A stretch of 64,000 bases of DNA, from the IMG/VR virus record IMGVR_UViG_3300049893_001984, positions 1 to 64,000 of that record; one strand, given 5' to 3'. This document shows positions 16,146 through 25,688 of this stretch, in pieces. Within the stretch, counting starts at the first letter, position 1; each line of letters starts with the position of its first letter. The notes beneath the pieces were generated by a model. It saw nothing but the letters and a program-made list of their open reading frames with translations. It was not told where the DNA came from and did no database searches. The translations under genes were made by a program, and so were the position numbers. The stretch is from a virus.

Positions 16146-17057
16146 CTATTTCTTTAACACATTCACGGAGAGGTTAGATATAGCGCTGTCTATGCGGCTA
16201 GCTAGACTCTCCAGGCTGGTTATCTGTTGAACGATACTTTCCAATGTCGTTTTCACTATGTTAAGCTCATCACACCCGCAACAAGGAGTTGCGCAGCTTT
16301 CAACAATCTTCAGCCCGTTCGAGATGGCATCAAGTTGTATACAGTCGTCCCCATCCAGTTGAAAATTTCCATCGTTGTCTGGGGGTATACCGTTAATCGT
16401 TTTTACGCAGGGGCGATCGTCTCCCTCTGAGCACTCACACCCCTGGTCAAGGGATGTTCCATCTATAGCGTTAAACACAATCCGGTCAGGCTCTGCGCCT
16501 ATACCTGCAATAACGTTTATAAGGAAATTTCTTCCGGCCTGTAAGATTATGTCGTTTTGAAACGGACCGGATATATCAGTACCATTCTGAACGTACAAGC
16601 TGGACACGCCCCTTACCTCCGGGCGCAACACTGTTGCCTCTAACCTTCCACCATTAACATTAAATGTAAACGAACCTGAAAACTTCAGGGTGTCATCCAG
16701 ATCACCGATAGTGATCACACCAACGCTGTCAAAGAAGTCACCAGTGCACGCTATTCGGTGCACTGAGTTTCGCGTAAACCCTGTTGCGGGTATTGAAACG
16801 GATCCAATGGGAGATCCATTGTATCCGAGAGAAATAGTCAACCCCGAGCCAAACACAGATACATTCAATAGATGTATTAAGGTGAAGTCTATTGTAGGGT
16901 CGGGGTGAACTGGCAAAGACAAATCAACAATCAACGAATTTGGCAGCTGGAAGCTATTGGATAAGTCACGACAGCTGGCTCCCTCGTGCAGCGGATACTT
17001 CCGCTGCGAGTTCTCTGACAGCCAATCTAGATTCCATATCGGTCCAGCTGGAGGCAT
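16146..17057 (-). CDS. tail/baseplate-associated paralogue 1
   Basis: DWLSENSQRKYPL, VKTINGIPPDNDGNF, CCGC followed by coiled coil. Confidence 0.7.
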   Translation of the reverse strand: MPPAGPIWNLDWLSENSQRKYPLHEGASCRDLSNSFQLPNSLIVDLSLPVHPDPTIDFTLIHLLNVSVFGSGLTISLGYNGSPIGSVSIPATGFTRNSVHRIACTGDFFDSVGVITIGDLDDTLKFSGSFTFNVNGGRLEATVLRPEVRGVSSLYVQNGTDISGPFQNDIILQAGRNFLINVIAGIGAEPDRIVFNAIDGTSLDQGCECSEGDDRPCVKTINGIPPDNDGNFQLDGDDCIQLDAISNGLKIVESCATPCCGCDELNIVKTTLESIVQQITSLESLASRIDSAISNLSVNVLKK

Positions 17058-18913
17058 TAGCTTGTTATCCTAAAACCCATACGGAGTATGCCAACGTCTG
17101 CGGTATACCCGTCAGTTGATCCTGCTCTTGATAACGTAAAGAACACAAGGTCACCCTCAGAAATGCTTATATCAGGCGAACTTGTAAGTTCAGCATAGTC
17201 ATTAGCTGGCACAGCGCAACCACTTAAAGTGTCTATGGTAATCTCGCTACCAATGCCTGGAAGCGTTTGGGTTGTAGTACAATCCACGGGTCTCGACAGT
17301 ATTCGGTAAGACAGGGTTAGGTCAGGAATAGCACCGGTAGTCAGACCAAGCACCCAAAACCATACCTGGAGCTTTGGAGACACCACAAGACCCTCCCTAG
17401 GTATTTCAATCCTTCCACGGAGAGACGTATCCTCGCCAGCAGGCAGTGAAAGGAAGAATATATCGTCTATAGTGTCTTCTCGTACCCCGTTAAGGGCCAC
17501 CAGAGAAACAGCACCCTCTCGGGTGTCAGCTCCAGCTAGATCGGCGTCTATTGTTAGCTGTCCGTAATACACGCCAGACAGAAGCTCACCTTTTCCAGGC
17601 GTGGGTGTGATTGTCACATTGGTTCCAGCTTTGAGGCCGGAGACAATCTTGCCCTGCTTGAACTTCTGATCCTCAATAGTCTTAAGGGCTACGTACAGAT
17701 CATCCGTGTCCTGCTCGAGGGCCAGGTTAAGGTCCAGCGAAAGCTGAAGATCGCCTGTAGTTGCCGGGTTACCATCACAGTTCTCAACAATTATAGGCGA
17801 TCCAGTTTTGGACTTAAGACTAGTCACCATAGAGTCGCTGGTCTTGAATATCATCTTCGTGAAGTAGATACGAAGACCGCGACCGCACGGGTCTATGCGT
17901 ACAAACCCCTCTTCTTCAAGCGGGGCATCCAGGGCACAGCTCGAAGCAGCTACAGAGTCGTAAGAGCAAAACGAATTAGAAGACGAAGGGTTACCACAGG
18001 GATCTGGTTCAACCGGCCAAGGTCCGTGGCCATAACAAGCGTCGTACCACCAAATAGTTGTCTGGTCTACAGACCACGTACCTGGTTTAACGCCAACACC
18101 TTCCATTTCCAGATATACGTTGTTGGTCGGTATCGGGGGCCAAACTCTATCTAACTCTGGATGCTGACTGATGTTATAACCATAAACAGCACCAAGAGGA
18201 GCAAGCCCACCAAAGATCGGGTCGTTGGCTGGAAGCCACCCAGGCAACGAATTATCTGTGGACACAAACGCATACTTCTCGTTGCTGGTTAGCGGGCAGT
18301 CCAACACACCAGCAGGTGTGCTGTACAGATCGAAAGCAAAATGGACGTGATCTTCCAACACTTCCCTAGGTGTAGGGTTTATGTGTGCGGAGCCGTCTCC
18401 GCGCAGGAACCCAACGTAAATACCAACAGGCGGTTTTTGCTTAGTGCATCGCCCTGCCAGAAGCGGGTTGCTTGTGAGATAATATGCTCCAGCCTCTGGC
18501 GCTGTATTACCTGGCGTACCTATCAGGTTCGTAAAATCAAAGTCACGAAGGAACCCAAACAGAAGCACATCACCAGTTGTGCTGGTGAATTTCTGTGTCA
18601 CAACTCCGACTGCGAAGCTGGTAGGCGAAATCGTGTAAGCCCCCAAGCCAGGGTTGAACGTCACATTGGCATATGCGCTTTTATAGTCACTATCAACAGA
18701 ATCCCAATACACAACGTGCCCCACCTGAACTGGTGAGGCAAGTTTTACATTGTGCACATACAAGGCTTCACCAGCCCCTATGCTATCAAGGCGGTCTTTA
18801 AGGTGTTGGGTTCGCTGTTGCAACTCGCTCGGGTGTCGATTTGCAACCTGCGCCTTTACCTGTTCACCGTCCTTGATGGGGTGCGTCTTACTAACCCACG
18901 GAGTCGTGCTCAT
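17057..18913 (-). CDS. putative tail/baseplate structural protein
   Basis: 618-aa beta-rich ORF in baseplate module; N-terminal DGEQVKAQVANRHPSELQQRTQHLKDRL resembles tail-fibre attachment N-termini. Confidence 0.6.
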   Translation of the reverse strand: MSTTPWVSKTHPIKDGEQVKAQVANRHPSELQQRTQHLKDRLDSIGAGEALYVHNVKLASPVQVGHVVYWDSVDSDYKSAYANVTFNPGLGAYTISPTSFAVGVVTQKFTSTTGDVLLFGFLRDFDFTNLIGTPGNTAPEAGAYYLTSNPLLAGRCTKQKPPVGIYVGFLRGDGSAHINPTPREVLEDHVHFAFDLYSTPAGVLDCPLTSNEKYAFVSTDNSLPGWLPANDPIFGGLAPLGAVYGYNISQHPELDRVWPPIPTNNVYLEMEGVGVKPGTWSVDQTTIWWYDACYGHGPWPVEPDPCGNPSSSNSFCSYDSVAASSCALDAPLEEEGFVRIDPCGRGLRIYFTKMIFKTSDSMVTSLKSKTGSPIIVENCDGNPATTGDLQLSLDLNLALEQDTDDLYVALKTIEDQKFKQGKIVSGLKAGTNVTITPTPGKGELLSGVYYGQLTIDADLAGADTREGAVSLVALNGVREDTIDDIFFLSLPAGEDTSLRGRIEIPREGLVVSPKLQVWFWVLGLTTGAIPDLTLSYRILSRPVDCTTTQTLPGIGSEITIDTLSGCAVPANDYAELTSSPDISISEGDLVFFTLSRAGSTDGYTADVGILRMGFRITS

Positions 18914-18935
18914 TTATGAGCCCCCTTTTTATAAA

Positions 18936-19667
18936 CTACTTATTTTCTTGTTCAGGAGTTTCCTTCTTAGGCTCTGCCTTTTCGGGGGTCTCCTTAGCTT
19001 TCGCCTTAGATTCTTCCTTGTTCTTCCTATAGTTTTCATATTGACGCTGACTTGCATAGCCTACGCCTGCACCTGCTCCGGCAACTGCTCCGCCACTTAT
19101 CATGCGCTGAAGAAGTTGACGCGCATTAACTTCGTCGGTCATCTTGCTTATGACGTCGTTTCTGTCTGCTATACGCAACATCTTCTGGTCAATAGGCGAA
19201 CCTGGAACATGTTTAGGCATATCAGCTCTTAGCTTTTTATTAGCTGCAGCAATGGAATGCGGCCGCTGAAGGCGCCAGAGATATTCACTAGCTGCTCCGC
19301 CGCCTGCACCTGTCAGACCGCCGAACAGTGCTCCGCGTCCGATAGACCCTATGGGGTTATCCTCGCGCTCTTCAGGAGAGGCTCCAAGGTAACCACCGAC
19401 AGCACCAGTGCCAGCCCCAATCAACCCACCTAGCAGTGTTCTTGACAACAGGGCACTATTGTAAGGGCGTAAGTGTTTAAACCTATGGCCGTCATCCGGT
19501 TTAACACCAGCTGCCGCAAAAGCGTCCGCAATAGCTTTCCCAGCGCCTCCACCACCTCCGCCAGCGGCACCAGGCGGGGGTGCGTCGATCGGAACAGTCT
19601 TAGCCGGTGACACGCCAGTAAGTAGCGGAGTTGAGGCTGTCTTTATCAGGTACTTTAGGTGGTTCAT
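18936..19667 (-). CDS. MNHL-tagged glycine-zipper protein, putative packaged/ejected protein
   Basis: Starts MNHLKYLIKTA; hydrophobic GxxxG segments GGLIGAGTGAVGGYLG and GALFGGLTGAGGG. Confidence 0.75.
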   Translation of the reverse strand: MNHLKYLIKTASTPLLTGVSPAKTVPIDAPPPGAAGGGGGGAGKAIADAFAAAGVKPDDGHRFKHLRPYNSALLSRTLLGGLIGAGTGAVGGYLGASPEEREDNPIGSIGRGALFGGLTGAGGGAASEYLWRLQRPHSIAAANKKLRADMPKHVPGSPIDQKMLRIADRNDVISKMTDEVNARQLLQRMISGGAVAGAGAGVGYASQRQYENYRKNKEESKAKAKETPEKAEPKKETPEQENK

Positions 19668-19678
19668 AGCACTTTCCT

Positions 19679-20305
19679 TTAACTAAACCGAATGGTCCAA
19701 GTCACGCCTATCTGGAAACCTGCTTCAGCTAATATCTTATCAGTCCACCCAGGTGAACCAGCGTAGTATCTAGAGAAAACTAAATCCTCAGACTGGCTAA
19801 GGGGATCCGGTGCAGCGATCAGAGCGGCACCATATACAGCTGAGTTAACAGAAGGTCCGAATGTCTTACCATGGAAACCAACCGAACCTTCTGATATCCC
19901 GAAGAAAGTAGCCTGGTTACCTTCGTACAAAACACCAGAGCTAGTTATGTTCGGATTTACCACTAGAGGTACACGCAGGAAATCTGTGTCCAAGGAGGAT
20001 ATAAGCCCGTTGTAATAATCAATCCCGTCCTCTCTGGTAAAGGATGGATTAACAATTGGGTCGGTTGGAAGTGGAAGATTCTTAAACTCCAAGTACATCG
20101 TGTTTACTGCGTAAGAACTTTGACCACCTAATAGGCGTGCCATAATGTCAGCGCCGCTGTACAAGACAAGGTTCTTTGACTCTATGACCTTCTTCACTAG
20201 ATTGGTTGCAGGATCGAACGAAAACAGACGTACAAAGCCTTGGGCGCTTTTACCAAGGCTGTAGTCATCAAGCTGTTCTTTAAGTTCTTTAAGCTTAGCG
20301 CTCAT
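19679..20305 (-). CDS. baseplate/tail structural protein
   Basis: KNLVLYSGADIMARLLGG motif typical of phage baseplate/tail proteins; synteny. Confidence 0.6.
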   Translation of the reverse strand: MSAKLKELKEQLDDYSLGKSAQGFVRLFSFDPATNLVKKVIESKNLVLYSGADIMARLLGGQSSYAVNTMYLEFKNLPLPTDPIVNPSFTREDGIDYYNGLISSLDTDFLRVPLVVNPNITSSGVLYEGNQATFFGISEGSVGFHGKTFGPSVNSAVYGAALIAAPDPLSQSEDLVFSRYYAGSPGWTDKILAEAGFQIGVTWTIRFS

Positions 20306-20314
20306 CGTTCGCTC

Positions 20315-21916
20315 CTATTGGCATGACATCGAGACAAGTTTAGCAGTAACAAACTGGTCGGCATAAGTTAGCACATTTGGGGGTGCACCTGCCGTAGGGT
20401 AGGCAGTTTCGACAATGGGCCCGCTAGTCTTGAGCAGGCCCAAGGTCTCACCACAACCAGCACCTTCCTCGTCCCCGATGTCGTCTAATGTAACTGTTTC
20501 GAGCACAGGTTCAAGCTCTAGGAATACAACATACGTCGTATTTGGCGGAGTTAGCTCCCGCAAGAATCTGCACACCGAAACTCCGGGCGCGTCTTCATTA
20601 AACGAGGCCTCTCTTAACTTTATGAGAAATAAGTTGTTCCGCATGATTTCATTGAGAACAAACTGCATTGGGTTAATCAGTGTTGGCAAGTTAGATGCTA
20701 CAGGCTCTGTAGTCGGATTTTCCCTGGTGTCTAGGTAATTGGCAAGCGTTTTGCCTGCAGACTTTCCAGCAGCATGGACTGCAGCCCAAAAGTCTTCTAC
20801 ATCACCAGGATAGCCCGAAACCTCAAACTGTACTATCGCCTTGCCATCACCATCAACCCCCATGTAATCCACTGTAACGTTATGATTCTTAACGGTAAGT
20901 GTTGAAAAATAACCACCGCTAAGAAAGTTGGTTCCAAGGGAAAGAGCAGGGAGCAAGGAGTAATCAGGGTGCTGACCGGATAATTCACTTACCATAACTG
21001 CATCAGACATCCTATCACCAGCATATAGAACATCCCCAACAGAGACGATTATATTCGCTGTGAGCGGGAAGCTATAGGAGTGCCCGCTAGTTACAACAAG
21101 CTTCCTGTCAGATTCGGTCTGCACAACCTCAACTGTTTCAACCGGGTTCCTGACCCTGGGATCGCCACTAAGTGCGGAAAGAAAAGACTCAAAGCCTAAC
21201 ATTGAAGGGCCTTGAACGTACATGTCAAACAATGCGTTTATCACTTCTTTTGAAAAACGACTGCTCTTAAGTTGTACGCCAATGGCGTATCCAAAATGTG
21301 TGTAGACATAATCAAGGTCGAATTGACCTCTATACACCCACACCCCCACTTCTATGTCCACCACGTTTCCTTTTGAGTCGTAGACTATTCTCTGGGGAAA
21401 CCTTGTATCTTTGAAAATATCGTTTCTGAGCCGTAGGTAACCTTCGTCTACTTCGTAATCAACCCCGTTCACCAGCACGCTCGTTGGGTACAAAACAAAG
21501 TTCTGCAGTGTAAACGGAAGTGCAACAAGCTTAGGCGGTAACTTGATCTGTACAATCCCAGGCTTATCCTGCCCTCCGAATGTCTGTATAAATCCAGCTG
21601 GCCTCTCTACCACGGATCCATCTTGGGGTCCGTACACAAGGTCGTCCGATCTGTACCTGGAAGCTGTTGCCGCTACCTCTTTCTGCGAGATGACAATAAG
21701 GTGCCAATCCTCCGTGTGGAACACAGGGACTGTCAGACGAGAAACGCAGGCTATGGCTTCGAGCGTATTTATATACGTCTGCCCTTGTTCATTACCCGAA
21801 GCTCTTAAAAACGCCTGAACACGATCTCGCTCTTCAAAGATGTTTACCCAGAAAGACCCGAGCTGCTCAAGCAACAGGCGACCCTGGTCAAAATCGTATG
21901 GAGGGTAGTTAATCAT
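20315..21916 (-). CDS. baseplate wedge protein (follows baseplate J-like gene)
   Basis: 533 aa; position downstream of J-like gene; C-terminal LRELTPPNTTYVVF typical of wedge subunits. Confidence 0.55.
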   Translation of the reverse strand: MINYPPYDFDQGRLLLEQLGSFWVNIFEERDRVQAFLRASGNEQGQTYINTLEAIACVSRLTVPVFHTEDWHLIVISQKEVAATASRYRSDDLVYGPQDGSVVERPAGFIQTFGGQDKPGIVQIKLPPKLVALPFTLQNFVLYPTSVLVNGVDYEVDEGYLRLRNDIFKDTRFPQRIVYDSKGNVVDIEVGVWVYRGQFDLDYVYTHFGYAIGVQLKSSRFSKEVINALFDMYVQGPSMLGFESFLSALSGDPRVRNPVETVEVVQTESDRKLVVTSGHSYSFPLTANIIVSVGDVLYAGDRMSDAVMVSELSGQHPDYSLLPALSLGTNFLSGGYFSTLTVKNHNVTVDYMGVDGDGKAIVQFEVSGYPGDVEDFWAAVHAAGKSAGKTLANYLDTRENPTTEPVASNLPTLINPMQFVLNEIMRNNLFLIKLREASFNEDAPGVSVCRFLRELTPPNTTYVVFLELEPVLETVTLDDIGDEEGAGCGETLGLLKTSGPIVETAYPTAGAPPNVLTYADQFVTAKLVSMSCQ

Positions 21917-21935
21917 CTTATCCTCTAGAAGGAAC

Positions 21936-22097
21936 TTACTGTTTCTTTAAGGAATCCTTGTACTTCTCAACCTCACGAGCAAATGTGTCTGCGTCAACAA
22001 CCTTGCCTTCAACTTCATACACTACCTTACCCGGCAGATAAGTTTTACTTCCATCTTTATTAATAAGTTCCTTGATATCCTGTGACGCACTAAACAT
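21936..22097 (-). CDS. small hypothetical protein
   Basis: Likely start MFSASQDIKEL behind AAGGAG, inside ORF-track call 21936-22142. Confidence 0.6.
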   Translation of the reverse strand: MFSASQDIKELINKDGSKTYLPGKVVYEVEGKVVDADTFAREVEKYKDSLKKQ

Positions 22098-22107
22098 TTT
22101 AATCTCC

Positions 22108-23769
22108 TTAAACAGGTAACGCCGGTACGTTCTGTACCTCAACGTCTATGAATTCCTCTGTCAGGTAAAACACGGTCGTTCTGCTTGTAACCCCTATGGC
22201 TGGGCTATTGGGTATCACAAGCTCGTTCAAGCTGTGCAAGTTTATCGTGCTTCCATCCGGCGCCTTCACATATGCATTCATATCTAAAGGCGACACAACG
22301 AACACACCACTCTTGCCAACGACATCATGTGCAGCATCGTACACGATTGAAGAAGGGAGTCTACCCATATCGAAGTTCAAGGCATTTACTCTTTCAACAA
22401 TCTTCGTCTTAAGATTCTTGACCAGCGTGGTTATATCAGTCGGAATTGACTTCGCAGTGTACAGAACCTTAAGGCTCATTGTTACAAACGCCGGGATTGG
22501 GGCACGAACAAGGTAGTCAGCTGTGGGATTGTGAACCGCCCTTGACGTTGCGTTATCCTGCAAAACCCCGATGTTAGGCATGTGTAGTATGTACACATTA
22601 TAATCCTGAGTGCTAACTCCTTGGGTAAGAGACGTATGGTCAGTCTCTGTATCAATAAAGCGTATAACAGCAGTCTGATACCTAGAGTAAGCGCCCTCTA
22701 CGAGATTGTCCGCGTATGGGACAAACTCGTTTGCTGTCTGAGTCATATCAAGAGCTCGGCTCTCTTGCGTAATCTCAAACGAGTTCTCAGATTGGTCGCT
22801 GGTCGTGGGAAGAACCGCCTCTATTGAGTAGAACCCTGGTGCATCGTTTCTATTAATAGATATCTGCCACGTCTTATTTGGCTTATCTACCAGCAAAGCC
22901 GTCTTTTTAACCACAATGGTTTCAGGGTACGCTTGAGTTCTAGTATACAGGTCAGCCTTACCCCCAGTTGATATGGAGAATATGTTATGCCGATCCCGTA
23001 ACATCTCCGGGTCTCCGTACCCTACTTGGCTTATTGCCGTAGTAGTAGGAACCAATGCCTTTAACAAAGAGTCTACCTGAGCTCTTCCGGACAGGACTGT
23101 TTGCGTCAGTCCATTCTTAAACCTGGCTATAAGCTCCTCGTTCGTCTCTGCGTTTGATCCGCCTGAGAAGTCTTGCGCCGCAAACGAGTCAACAAACGAA
23201 ACCGGAGACGGTGTGATGGTCAGCTTTGTATTTCTTCTGAGCTTATAAGCATCCCCAACCAGCTCCGCTTCAACAGGCACGGTAAAGGCAAATGAGCCAT
23301 CGTTTCTAGCTAGTATCAACCGTTGCGTACTACTCAGCACCAAGGACGGGTCTGTCACTGCAACATAAGAGTCAGTAGTAAGGAACTTCAACCCGTTTGC
23401 TTCAAATATAGTTCCTACGTCTATCGCTGTAGGTGTGTTGGTCGATAGAATTATAGTGGCTATGCCTGACGCTTTTGTCCCAGGGCTTCTAACAATCCTG
23501 TAATTAGAAAGAACACCATCAACGATAGTATCGTCAGCTAGAGAAGGGTCCTCCTCTATAGCTTTCAGGGACATGGAACGACGAAGCCTGTCTAGATCTG
23601 TCTGCTCCAGTACATGAAAAAGGGCGGCTGAACGAAGCAAGATGTCACGAAGAACCCCACCCTCTGTCAGGTCCATCGAAGGGTACTCAGCTTTAAGCCA
23701 TCCGGCTAGAAATTCCTCAGCCTGGGTTACAAGGGCTGGATCCAGTTGGTCAATAGTAACGTTGGCCAC
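22108..23769 (-). CDS. baseplate J-like wedge protein
   Basis: PSMDLTEGGVLRDILL, FSGGSNAETNEELIARF signature; directly after gp25-like gene. Confidence 0.85.
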   Translation of the reverse strand: MANVTIDQLDPALVTQAEEFLAGWLKAEYPSMDLTEGGVLRDILLRSAALFHVLEQTDLDRLRRSMSLKAIEEDPSLADDTIVDGVLSNYRIVRSPGTKASGIATIILSTNTPTAIDVGTIFEANGLKFLTTDSYVAVTDPSLVLSSTQRLILARNDGSFAFTVPVEAELVGDAYKLRRNTKLTITPSPVSFVDSFAAQDFSGGSNAETNEELIARFKNGLTQTVLSGRAQVDSLLKALVPTTTAISQVGYGDPEMLRDRHNIFSISTGGKADLYTRTQAYPETIVVKKTALLVDKPNKTWQISINRNDAPGFYSIEAVLPTTSDQSENSFEITQESRALDMTQTANEFVPYADNLVEGAYSRYQTAVIRFIDTETDHTSLTQGVSTQDYNVYILHMPNIGVLQDNATSRAVHNPTADYLVRAPIPAFVTMSLKVLYTAKSIPTDITTLVKNLKTKIVERVNALNFDMGRLPSSIVYDAAHDVVGKSGVFVVSPLDMNAYVKAPDGSTINLHSLNELVIPNSPAIGVTSRTTVFYLTEEFIDVEVQNVPALPV

Positions 23770-23778
23770 GGTTCACTC

Positions 23779-24252
23779 CTATTTAATAGCGTATGGAACA
23801 GGGAGCACTATATCCCTGGACTCACCTGCAGCTGAGTTGACTATAACATAAAGGGACAGCTTACTGTTCGCCTTATCTAGTGTGAAACGGCTTAATGTGG
23901 CTGAAACAAAGCGCTCGTCATCAGGGGTTACGTTATTGTCAGCTGACAAGGCAAGCACACGCCTGACCTTTTCAGCGGCTACACTAAACTCAACAACAAC
24001 GTCAGACTCGTCACGTATAGCCCCCTGCTGTACCCTTAGTATGAAGTCTGTTCCGTTGTTAGGGCTATACTGGTTAGAGCCTAAATCAGTAAGAAATAGT
24101 TGTGTGAATTTCTGACAAAGCTTCTGTATGCCAGTTGTCACTTTACCAGTGTTACCAAAGCCGAGGTGCACGCGCCGCTCCCCAGTTGGAGCTGTGTTTT
24201 GAAACGACAAAAGGTCTACAGTTCTGCCTGAGTAATTAGTTGTCACAGCCAT
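23779..24252 (-). CDS. baseplate wedge / sheath initiator, gp25-like
   Basis: TGIQKLCQKFTQLFLTDLGS...NGTDF pattern, size and position. Confidence 0.7.
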   Translation of the reverse strand: MAVTTNYSGRTVDLLSFQNTAPTGERRVHLGFGNTGKVTTGIQKLCQKFTQLFLTDLGSNQYSPNNGTDFILRVQQGAIRDESDVVVEFSVAAEKVRRVLALSADNNVTPDDERFVSATLSRFTLDKANSKLSLYVIVNSAAGESRDIVLPVPYAIK

Positions 24253-24276
24253 CTTAGGGTCCTCCGGCTATTCGTG

Positions 24277-24714
24277 TTAGGTGGATTTGGGCTTCTCATC
24301 CTCAACCATGATACGAGTAAGCCAATCCGTGCTATTCCTAGTCAAAGGCCCAAGAGGATTATTATTAGACTTAGCTCGGCATCCAGCGTGAATCAGAGAC
24401 CTTATCCTGGACCGCCTAAGCATACGATAATCACGTTCAAACCCAGCCAAGTAATCACCCGCCAACTTCGTTACCTGCAAGTCTTTAAGCTTACTCTTCC
24501 TTTCTTTTCTAACCTCAAGATAGTTCTGGTTAGCGTCGTTACGAGTAAATACAACATCATGTAGCGTGCTGTAATTGTAGTTTCCTTCACCGCCAACTTT
24601 GTCAAAATTCATCCAAGGACGTTGCCCCTTGGCGAATAGGCCATCGGCAACCTTGCCTTGAAACTCCCTAAGGTATTCAATAATCTTGTTTAACTGAGGG
24701 TCAAGGCTCGCCAT
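24277..24714 (-). CDS. hypothetical protein
   Basis: 145-aa co-oriented ORF. Confidence 0.75.
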   Translation of the reverse strand: MASLDPQLNKIIEYLREFQGKVADGLFAKGQRPWMNFDKVGGEGNYNYSTLHDVVFTRNDANQNYLEVRKERKSKLKDLQVTKLAGDYLAGFERDYRMLRRSRIRSLIHAGCRAKSNNNPLGPLTRNSTDWLTRIMVEDEKPKST

Positions 24715-24985
24715 TTTTGCCTTCCTTCCATTCTTCGCCTTCTTCGTTTTCCATATCTTCCATTACGCCCTTAACTACCATTTTAAGGTATACCATTTCG
24801 TCGCCAGACATGTAAGGAGTGGAAAATATTTCCACCTCAACATTTGAAGTGCCCACCTCTTTCAACGCCCGTATAGCTTCTGTGCACATACCAAAAAGGG
24901 CGCATAGCCCAGCTATGTTAACTTCAACAGAAGGTCCTGATCCTGTTTGAGTTACAACAAGCTTCGGTAGATCCTCGTCGGTCAT
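24701..24985 (-). CDS. small acidic hypothetical protein
   Basis: 94 aa; overlaps both neighbours. Confidence 0.7.
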   Translation of the reverse strand: MTDEDLPKLVVTQTGSGPSVEVNIAGLCALFGMCTEAIRALKEVGTSNVEVEIFSTPYMSGDEMVYLKMVVKGVMEDMENEEGEEWKEGKNGEP

Positions 24986-25686
24986 AACTCGATCCCCTGC
25001 AGATCACTCATTTGCTTGGCTATTCTCGCTGCCCGCTGCGACACAGCGGATGGTGTCAGGTTCAATCTCTTAGCAATGTCGTTAGTTGAAAGCTTTGACT
25101 TGCCGTTATACCCGGTACGCCACTCCAGTATCTTCTGATCTATTGGGTGTAAGTCGTGGTGCAGATACTCCATGAGTATTTGGTTATGATCAGGCTTCTC
25201 TGTTCCAGGGTAGAACACTCCTTCGTCACCTTCGTCGTTCTCTGTAAGCTGGCTTTCAATATACTCGCCACCTTGATGCTTACGGATGTGACGCAACCGT
25301 TTCATAGACAACCCAGAGTGGTCAGCTAGCTCCTGGTCGCTAGGCTCTCTGTTAAATTGGTCTTGGAACTTCTGGTAACTTTGGTTCATGTTATACAGGT
25401 CAGCCTGTATACGCTCTGGGACATGTACTGCTGTGGTCGACTCTTTGTGGATACGGGACAAGGGCTGAAGCTGCGTCATTAAATGCGTGTTAAGCTTTGT
25501 ACCCTTGGACGGGTCATAGCTCTTGAACGCTTTAATAGCCAGCATCTTGGCATGAGGTTTCATGGCGGAGTTTCCCTGCGCATAAGACTGCACACCAGAG
25601 TTAAGGGTGGGGGCTGCCTTGTCTAACAGCTTACCCATGTTTTCTGGCGTAGGGTTCTTCTTCCAAATTTCAAATTCTTGTTCCAT
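24982..25686 (-). CDS. RNA polymerase sigma factor, sigma70 family (regions 2-3-4 only)
   Basis: AFKSYDPSKGTKLNTH (region 2), VHVPER...FNREPSDQELADHSGLS (region 3), LHPIDQKILEWRTG...STNDIAKRLNLTPSAVSQ (region 4 HTH). Confidence 0.85.
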   Translation of the reverse strand: MEQEFEIWKKNPTPENMGKLLDKAAPTLNSGVQSYAQGNSAMKPHAKMLAIKAFKSYDPSKGTKLNTHLMTQLQPLSRIHKESTTAVHVPERIQADLYNMNQSYQKFQDQFNREPSDQELADHSGLSMKRLRHIRKHQGGEYIESQLTENDEGDEGVFYPGTEKPDHNQILMEYLHHDLHPIDQKILEWRTGYNGKSKLSTNDIAKRLNLTPSAVSQRAARIAKQMSDLQGIEL

Positions 25687-25688
25687 TA

